Shown here one piece after another: positions 1-5,373 of a stretch of DNA of 13,187 nt (within the stretch, counting starts at the first letter, position 1; every line of letters starts with the position of its first letter). The stretch spans positions 1 to 13,187 of the forward strand of contig JAYEMF010000082.1 of assembly GCA_034717975.1 (NCBI GenBank), read 5' to 3'. The notes under the pieces were generated by a model, which was not told where the DNA came from, ran no database searches, and saw only the letters and a program-made list of their open reading frames with translations. The translations under genes were made by a program, and so were the position numbers. This DNA comes from Campylobacterota bacterium. Its GTDB lineage: Bacteria; Campylobacterota; Campylobacteria; Campylobacterales; Sulfurimonadaceae.

Positions 1-35
1 CTTATGGGCACCTCTAAAAACCCTGGATATCATCA

Positions 36-134
36 GCGTTACATACATTTTCGTGATCAAGGCAGGTTCTTGTCAGCGTAGCAGGGCTACGGTGGCAAGG
101 TTCTAACGCAGACTCACGGACATGTATGTAACGC
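36..134. repeat. Internal hairpin arm 1 of the MITE
   Basis: GCGTTACATACAT (36-48) pairs with ATGTATGTAACGC (122-134). CGTGA (52-56) pairs with TCACG (114-118). Apical stem CGTAGC (77-82) / GCTACG (86-91). Confidence 0.85.
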
Positions 135-141
135 CCTTCGG

Positions 142-242
142 GAGGGCAAATAAGGCACAATCTTCCGTCCTAAAATCTCTTGAATTACCTATGGGTAGTC
201 CTTCAAGATTTTAAAACGAAATCTTGCACCTTCTTTGCCCTC
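142..242. repeat. Internal hairpin arm 2 of the MITE
   Basis: GAGGGCAAA (142-150) pairs with TTTGCCCTC (234-242). TAAAATCT (171-178) pairs with AGATTTTA (206-213). Inner TTGAA/TTCAA and TACC/GGTA stems. Confidence 0.8.
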
Positions 243-271
243 TGATGATATCCAGGGTTTTTAGAGGTGCC

Positions 272-533
272 CTTATCATTGCAGGTGTATCTCTGGCTTT
301 TTTAAGCTCTCCAATGCTTTTAGCCAAAGGCGGCGGTGGAATGGGTGGTAAAGGTGGCGGACAAGGCGGTATGCAGTCCAAATCCCAGACACAGACAAAG
401 TCTCAAGATCGTAAAAGAGTAAAAGATGGTTCCGGCCAACAAAACCAGTACCAATATCAAAATCGATACAAAAACGGTAACGGAGAGGGTCAAGGCAGCG
501 GAGAAAGTCAAAAAAAGGGGACAGAACAGATAA
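272..533 (+). pseudogene. Small secreted Gly/Gln-rich protein, interrupted by the MITE in its signal peptide. The native start is probably upstream of the window; the track ORF is 224..604.
   Basis: Reads LIIAGVSLAFLSSPMLLA|KGGGGMGGKGGGQGGMQ...QTQTKSQDRKRVKDGSGQQNQYQYQNRYKNGNGEG, i.e. a hydrophobic h-region plus LLA cleavage site followed by a low-complexity polar body. Removing the MITE and one TTAT restores CTT ATC ATT GCA (LIIA). Read-through from base 1 into the MITE stops at TAG 79-81. The natural end is probably TAA 531-533, one base out of frame after the A7G4 run; as sequenced the frame continues to 604. Confidence 0.6.
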
Positions 534-537
534 TCTC

Positions 538-558
538 TATCGCTTCGGCGGTACCTTT
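538..558 (+). terminator. Short hairpin with a cUUCGg tetraloop between convergent genes; possible terminator
   Basis: TATCGC-TTCG-GCGGTA (538-553) followed by CCTTT. It lies between TAA 531-533 (+) and the stop at 566 (-). The U-tract is weak. Confidence 0.4.
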
Positions 559-565
559 AAAAAAA

Positions 566-1255
566 CTAAAGCAGGAAAGTACTGCCTCCCATCAAAATGA
601 GTAAAACCGCACTCATTCTCTCCAGCCCTACGCGCCACTCTCTTAACTGTACCCTGATCTGCTCACCGAAATAGGCTATGCCTACGCCAAAGATTATGGC
701 AGGCATAAGAATGGCACCCATACCAAAGCCAAGGCCCAGAGAGAGTCCGACCGAAGCACTCGCCGTCGCAGAAGACGCAAGCATCACTGTACCCAAGGGA
801 GCGCATGGATTCAGGGCCATACCGACACCCATAAAGAAGAGGCCTCCGGGGAGAATGTTCTGCAGTCGGAACTTGCTGCCGAAACGTTCGAAGAGTCCTG
901 GGTTTACACCTGCCGAGCAGTGTTCCTGCTCTTTTTGGCTGCTGAGAAAGAGCAGGCCTACGCCGACCATGACCGTCGCGCCACCCAAAAACATACGAAC
1001 CCATGAAGTATCGAGACCCTCTTGTATCATCTGCCCCAGCAGTCCCGAGAGGAGACCGAGCATAGCGTAACCGCTGAGTCGACCAAGTGAAAATGGAAGG
1101 ATGGTCCGCCATGAGTTACGAACTCCGCCGTCTCTGGCAAAAAAAACCGGGCCAAGATATGGCAGGCAGGAGATGTTGCAGGGACCCAGACCAAAGATAA
1201 GCCCCAGCGCCACCGCCAGGGAGAAGGTCATCGTAGCCGGATCGACTTCAAACAC
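566..1255 (-). CDS. DsbD/CcdA-like (DsbD_2 / 'TauE-SafE'-annotated family) integral membrane protein
   Basis: 229 aa with about 6 hydrophobic segments, GTG start 2 nt after the activase stop. Two Pro-Cys motifs in pseudo-symmetric halves (GLGPCNISCLPY and ALNPCAPL) plus 'FSLGRLSGYAMLG', typical of this family. Confidence 0.8.
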   Translation of the reverse strand: MFEVDPATMTFSLAVALGLIFGLGPCNISCLPYLGPVFFARDGGVRNSWRTILPFSLGRLSGYAMLGLLSGLLGQMIQEGLDTSWVRMFLGGATVMVGVGLLFLSSQKEQEHCSAGVNPGLFERFGSKFRLQNILPGGLFFMGVGMALNPCAPLGTVMLASSATASASVGLSLGLGFGMGAILMPAIIFGVGIAYFGEQIRVQLREWRVGLERMSAVLLILMGGSTFLL

Positions 1256-1257
1256 TG

Positions 1258-2067
1258 TTATTCTGCTTCTTCTTCGTCAAGGTAGGCCTCAAGCGCAAGA
1301 ACTGCCGCACCGAGCGCCGTGGTGATCTGCGGTATCTCCGGGATTACAAGTCTTTTTCCCAACTCATCTTCCATGGCCGCTACTAACCCCTTGTTTAAGG
1401 CCGGGCCGCCGTCAAAGTAGACATTGCCATCGAGCCCGACACGTTTGGCCAGACGGATGGTACGCTTGGCGATGGAGTAATGGATCCCCGCAACGATCTC
1501 CTCTTTCCCATGACCATCAGCGAGCAGTCCGATAATCTCCGACTCGGCAAAGACTACACAGGTGCTGTTGATAGGAAGCGGAGCCCCTTTGATGTTAAAG
1601 TGGTAATCCCCCAGCTCTTCCAGTTCGATCTCGAGGTTCATCGCCGTCACGTCAAGGAACTTCCCTGTTCCGGCGGCACACTTGTCGTTCATGACGAAGT
1701 TGGTCACCGTACCCATATCGTCGATCTGGATCGCCTTGGTGTCCTGTCCACCTATGTTGATGATCGTCTTGATATCACCGTGTGCCCGCCCTGCCTCAAT
1801 GGCGCCGATGGCATTGGCGGTGATCTCGCTGACGGATTCGTCGGACTCTTTCATCAGCTTCCTGCCGTAGCCCGTCGAAGTCATATAGCTAAGATCATCC
1901 ATCGTGAGATCACAACCAGAAAGCATCGTCTCCAGTGCTGCGACAGCATTTTTTCTGAAGTGGCTTCCCGTCGGGGTCACTTTTGAGGCAAGAATATTTT
2001 TCTCCTCGTCTATCAGAGCGATTTTAATGGCGGTCGAACCAATGTCGATTCCTGCAAAGTAATTCAT
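1258..2067 (-). CDS. ATP-dependent [4Fe-4S] activase, BadF/BadG/BcrA/BcrD (HgdC/HadI / DCCP-reductase) family
   Basis: ASKHA motifs GIDIGSTAIK, TGYGR, IGGQDTK, MNDKCAAGTGKFL, INSTCVVFAESE and GGPALNKG. The two cluster-ligating Cys are present. ATGA overlap with the upstream gene. Confidence 0.95.
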   Translation of the reverse strand: MNYFAGIDIGSTAIKIALIDEEKNILASKVTPTGSHFRKNAVAALETMLSGCDLTMDDLSYMTSTGYGRKLMKESDESVSEITANAIGAIEAGRAHGDIKTIINIGGQDTKAIQIDDMGTVTNFVMNDKCAAGTGKFLDVTAMNLEIELEELGDYHFNIKGAPLPINSTCVVFAESEIIGLLADGHGKEEIVAGIHYSIAKRTIRLAKRVGLDGNVYFDGGPALNKGLVAAMEDELGKRLVIPEIPQITTALGAAVLALEAYLDEEEAE

Positions 2068-3344
2068 TTTCTTCTTCTTCGTTTGGCTTTAAGTGACTCT
2101 ATAAAGGCTTCAATACGCGTGGAGAGCTGTCCCATATCATCAGGGCTATAGTCGGACTCTACGAAAAGCACAGGAACTCCCGCGTCATTCAGGGCTTTGG
2201 TAATGCTGTTTTGTTCCATGGAGTAGACCTGGCAGCCGGAAAAGGCCTGGTAGACTACACCCTCGGCGGCAAACTCTTTGGCCATACGAAGCAGCTTGCG
2301 TTTGCGGTCGTCGTTTTTCGTAAAGATGGGACAGGTGCACGGTTTCAGATAGTTGTCGGCGATGCCGTCGACCATGGCATTGATGTGCCACTCATCGACA
2401 GAGACCATGTCATAGAGCATGCGGTTGGATGAACAGGTCTCATCGGCCACAATGACGCCGCCTGACTCCTCAATAAGTACAGGAAGCTTTAGGTTGGGAA
2501 AGATCGCCGGCGAACCGGTAAAGAGCAGTCTTGGAGCACGGCGCTGCGCGGCGGAGAACTTCTCCTCTTTACGCTTTTCCAGCTCTTCGTTAAGTCTGTT
2601 AACCGCTTCTGTCCAGTTTTCTATCTTGTCGAAAAAGTAGGCATTGGTCACCATAAAGACATCTTTCCCGAGGATAACGGCAGGCCCCTCTTTTCGAAGA
2701 TCATGAAGTTTTCTGTACGCTTTTTGCGCCAGAGCGACTTTGGCCATCGCCTCTTTGAGTGAGCCTTTGGTCACCTTTTTTCCGGTGATCTCTTTGAGCG
2801 AGGTGGCAAATTTCCGGATGGATCGCTGCCAGTAGAGCCGCGCCTCTTCGCTCTCTTTGACGGGAGGCACTTCCATATCGTAGACACTGTAACCCATCTC
2901 GCTAATCATGCCGCCCGCTTTTCGCTTCTGGTCACAGGTCGCAGGCAGAACAATGTCATCTATCTGGTTGATAAATGGGAGTGTCGATTTAGCATCCAAC
3001 ATACCCAACGTCGCCTTGACGAGTGAACAGGACTTTGCCGGCATAAACTCCGCCCCGTTATGGTCATCGGTGTAAAAGCCATTACAGAGCCGTACAGGTA
3101 CACCGCCAGCGGCATAGATGAGCTCGTCGGGGACCTGCACACACATGGTTCCAACGATCTTTTCGTTTTCATGCAGCGACTTGCCTTCGCAGTAGACCTT
3201 TTCGTAAAGCTCATAAAAGTAGTTCATCGACTCGGGGTTGTCGGGAAAGTCATCTGTAATACGTCGCAGCATTCTGCTGGCTTCACCCGCCTGATGCGTA
3301 AGGTTAAAGGGGGTCTTTTTCACTTCCTGCTGTTCGTTATCCAT
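2064..3344 (-). CDS. 2-hydroxyacyl-CoA dehydratase (HGD-D) family Fe-S protein, single subunit, double-cubane cluster protein (DCCP)-like
   Basis: 426 aa with motifs VGTMCVQVPDELIYAAG, VRLC, KSCSLVK, ATCDQK, PRLLFTGSP, VADETCS, PCTCP, SGCQVY and ESDYSPDDMGQLSTRIEAFIE. Nine Cys in total. Adjacent to the activase, with no second dehydratase subunit. Confidence 0.9.
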   Translation of the reverse strand: MDNEQQEVKKTPFNLTHQAGEASRMLRRITDDFPDNPESMNYFYELYEKVYCEGKSLHENEKIVGTMCVQVPDELIYAAGGVPVRLCNGFYTDDHNGAEFMPAKSCSLVKATLGMLDAKSTLPFINQIDDIVLPATCDQKRKAGGMISEMGYSVYDMEVPPVKESEEARLYWQRSIRKFATSLKEITGKKVTKGSLKEAMAKVALAQKAYRKLHDLRKEGPAVILGKDVFMVTNAYFFDKIENWTEAVNRLNEELEKRKEEKFSAAQRRAPRLLFTGSPAIFPNLKLPVLIEESGGVIVADETCSSNRMLYDMVSVDEWHINAMVDGIADNYLKPCTCPIFTKNDDRKRKLLRMAKEFAAEGVVYQAFSGCQVYSMEQNSITKALNDAGVPVLFVESDYSPDDMGQLSTRIEAFIESLKAKRRRRK

Positions 3345-4314
3345 TTTTATTTCCTTTTTCCATACGCTTGATGTAGCCCTCTACCGTCGCTTCGAAGATC
3401 GGCTGACCGAGAAAGTCCACTTGCAGCGCCCCCTCTTCCGGACAGGCGGCGACACACTTGAAACACATGATGCAGTCATCCTGGAGGATATTCCTGCTTT
3501 CGACATCATCGGCGATCTCTTTGATCTGCATATCACAGACTGTGTAACAGTCGCCGCACTTCGTACACTTCGAGCCGTCTTTTTTCAGTTTGAGAAAGGC
3601 CAGTTTGGAGAGCATAAAGTGCAGGGCGCTCATCGGGCAGAAAAAACAGAAAAAACGCTTTTTGACAAATGCTCCTGCCAGGAAAAGTCCCGTTATAAGC
3701 ATACCCAGAGTCGTTAGTATCATCTTCGTTATCGAAGAGAAGTCGATGGTAAGCTGGGAAAAGTCACCCGCAAAGATCGGGATGATGGTCCGGCCCGGGC
3801 AGATCATGCAAAAAGGCGTCGTCATATCATGGGAAAACCATCCTGCACCGATGCCCATCGGGATAAAGATCATCAGCACCAGCAGAATGTACTTGATCTT
3901 TTTAAGTTTCCTGAACTGATCCCATGTGTAGGTGGAGTAAGGAATCCCCATCTTGCTTCGGAGTGCTGAGATCCAGTCCTGAATAGTACCCAATGGACAG
4001 GCGTACCCACACCACCCTTTGTTCAAAACCAGAAACCAGAGCACAAAATATAAAAACCCGACCAGAACCGCTATGCCCGCCATACTGAAGAGCGATGAGG
4101 GCGATCTCGCCAGTTGATGCTGCAGCGGAATAAAATAGCAGGTTGCCCCCTGCCCTTCATTGTTGAAGCCGCACGCAAATGTCGGTATGCTCTCTCCAAG
4201 ATTGATCGCCGCATACCCGCCGTAGACAAACAGGATAAAAAAGAAGAGCTGAAGCCAGAACCTGAAGTTTCTCAGGTCAACCCTGTTTATTCGATCTCGT
4301 ATCTTCTTAATCAA
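3337..4314 (-). CDS. Membrane-bound 4Fe-4S polyferredoxin, NapH/MauN/RdxA-like
   Basis: 325 aa with 4-5 TM segments. Motifs WCGYACPLG, FCMICPG and FCFFCPM, plus a C-terminal 2x[4Fe-4S] domain (CTKCGDCYTVC; CIMCFKCVAACP). TTG start overlaps the upstream stop (TTGATTAA). Confidence 0.92.
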   Translation of the reverse strand: MIKKIRDRINRVDLRNFRFWLQLFFFILFVYGGYAAINLGESIPTFACGFNNEGQGATCYFIPLQHQLARSPSSLFSMAGIAVLVGFLYFVLWFLVLNKGWCGYACPLGTIQDWISALRSKMGIPYSTYTWDQFRKLKKIKYILLVLMIFIPMGIGAGWFSHDMTTPFCMICPGRTIIPIFAGDFSQLTIDFSSITKMILTTLGMLITGLFLAGAFVKKRFFCFFCPMSALHFMLSKLAFLKLKKDGSKCTKCGDCYTVCDMQIKEIADDVESRNILQDDCIMCFKCVAACPEEGALQVDFLGQPIFEATVEGYIKRMEKGNKNG

Positions 4315-5284
4315 GGCGCTGCTCCTTGTATACGTTCAGACGTCTTCTTCGGTAGAGATAAACAGCTAAACCCGATGCGAAAAGTCCAAAGAGGCCGATC
4401 AAAAGGCCGTAGAGGTAGGACTTGTAATCTTTTGTCGAAGGGTAGTAACTCCCATGAGCGGTTGCTTTATAATGGATACTTTTAAAGCCATCTCCCTTGT
4501 AGAGACCGAAATCACTGCTCTCGTATTGGGCAATAATCAGAAAGTTTTCCCGTGTACGCCTTTTAAACTCATGCCACTGCGGGTAGTAGTCGCGTATCAT
4601 CTCGAAAGAGACCCTGCCTTCGGCATTGCTTTTCAACGTCTTGGCCCACCCTTTTTGCGTGACCATCGTCACCGAAGCACCACTGAGCGGCTTACCGTAG
4701 TGCAGGAGTGTAAAACTGACGACATCGCCTGATGTCACATGGGTATGCAGGTTCTCTTTGGGAAAACGTTCGCGGATGATATCGATAGGCGCATCGTTAT
4801 AGCTGTTGGCGACTATCTTCTGTGCAACGTCGTCATGCCCTTCCCTGCAGCTGTGCTGAAGGGCTTCTTTTTTTGCTGTAGAGATATGCAGCGTATCGCC
4901 ATCGAGATGCTTGCTGATCATAAAGAGGTTGTAATACCCCTCATCGGCCATCTTGAACATCGCCTCGGCATAGCCTCTGTTCTTGAAAGCAATCGGCTTG
5001 ATGCTCTTTTTGGCATCGAGCAGCATAAGCGGTGTCTTGTTTTGTTTGACATAGGAAGACGTAACGAGGTCCTCCCCTTCACGCAGCCAAAGCCTTTTGG
5101 CCGTCCCACCTTCTCTGCTTCTCTGAACAAGTCCATCGTGTGAGGAGCGCATTTTTTTGGCAATCTCTTTGGTAGGAGGGGTATCGGAAAACCAGTAGGT
5201 CTGCGATGCGAAAAGTTCACTGCCAAGCAACATTGAAAGAATAAGTGCCGGCACTGCTTTATAATTGAAAAAAGAATATATCAT
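4307..5284 (-). CDS. Exported, C-terminally membrane-anchored protein with a DUF4198-like / transthyretin-like beta-sandwich domain
   Basis: Start reassigned to ATG 5284 (325 aa) because GGAGG lies at 5291-5295 and the track's longer start falls inside a terminator hairpin. Signal peptide ...ALILSMLLGSELFA|SQ; 'VSFTLLHYGKPLSGASVTM...KSNAEGRVSF' signature; C-terminal TM helix followed by RRRR. Confidence 0.7.
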   Translation of the reverse strand: MIYSFFNYKAVPALILSMLLGSELFASQTYWFSDTPPTKEIAKKMRSSHDGLVQRSREGGTAKRLWLREGEDLVTSSYVKQNKTPLMLLDAKKSIKPIAFKNRGYAEAMFKMADEGYYNLFMISKHLDGDTLHISTAKKEALQHSCREGHDDVAQKIVANSYNDAPIDIIRERFPKENLHTHVTSGDVVSFTLLHYGKPLSGASVTMVTQKGWAKTLKSNAEGRVSFEMIRDYYPQWHEFKRRTRENFLIIAQYESSDFGLYKGDGFKSIHYKATAHGSYYPSTKDYKSYLYGLLIGLFGLFASGLAVYLYRRRRLNVYKEQRLD

Positions 5285-5318
5285 CGTAGACCTCCAGGTT
5301 TTATCAAAATAACGGAAG

Positions 5319-5364
5319 TGTAAAAAAGGGGTGCCTTTACCTAGCAGGCACACTCTTTTTTACA
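5319..5364 (-). terminator. Rho-independent terminator-like hairpin directly after the TonB-dependent receptor gene
   Basis: Minus strand TGTAAAAAAGAGTGTGCCT-GCTAGGTAA-AGGCACCCCTTTTTTACA: a GTGCCT/AGGCAC stem extended by A6/T6 arms, 10 nt after the stop at 5374. Confidence 0.75.
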
Positions 5365-5373
5365 TCTTATTTA

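Larger units (their letters stand above)
6..272. mobile_element. MITE-like non-autonomous element, 267 bp, with 31-bp perfect terminal inverted repeats and a 4-bp TTAT target-site duplication
   Basis: 6-36 GGGCACCTCTAAAAACCCTGGATATCATCAG is the exact reverse complement of 242-272 CTGATGATATCCAGGGTTTTTAGAGGTGCCC. TTAT flanks both sides (2-5 and 273-276). There is no transposase ORF inside, and the interior has nested inverted repeats. Confidence 0.9.

Noticed and set aside
6..272. MITE considered as a CRISPR array, tRNA or riboswitch
   Set aside because: The repeats are inverted and terminal rather than direct and spaced, there is no cloverleaf with tRNA consensus, and a target-site duplication is present.
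1258..3344. Annotation as a fermentative 2-hydroxyglutaryl-CoA dehydratase or benzoyl-CoA reductase (hgd/bcr gene symbols)
   Set aside because: Only one dehydratase-family subunit is present and there are no CoA-metabolism genes in the cluster, so those symbols would overstate the function.
566..5284. Selenocysteine read-through in the redox genes
   Set aside because: All ORFs appear full length with Cys at the motif positions. The TGA at 2064 follows a normal family C-terminus and overlaps the next start.
5285..5353. N-terminal extension MCLLGKGTPF... of the 4307..5353 track ORF
   Set aside because: It starts inside the terminator hairpin. ATG 5284 has a GGAGG RBS and begins a signal peptide.
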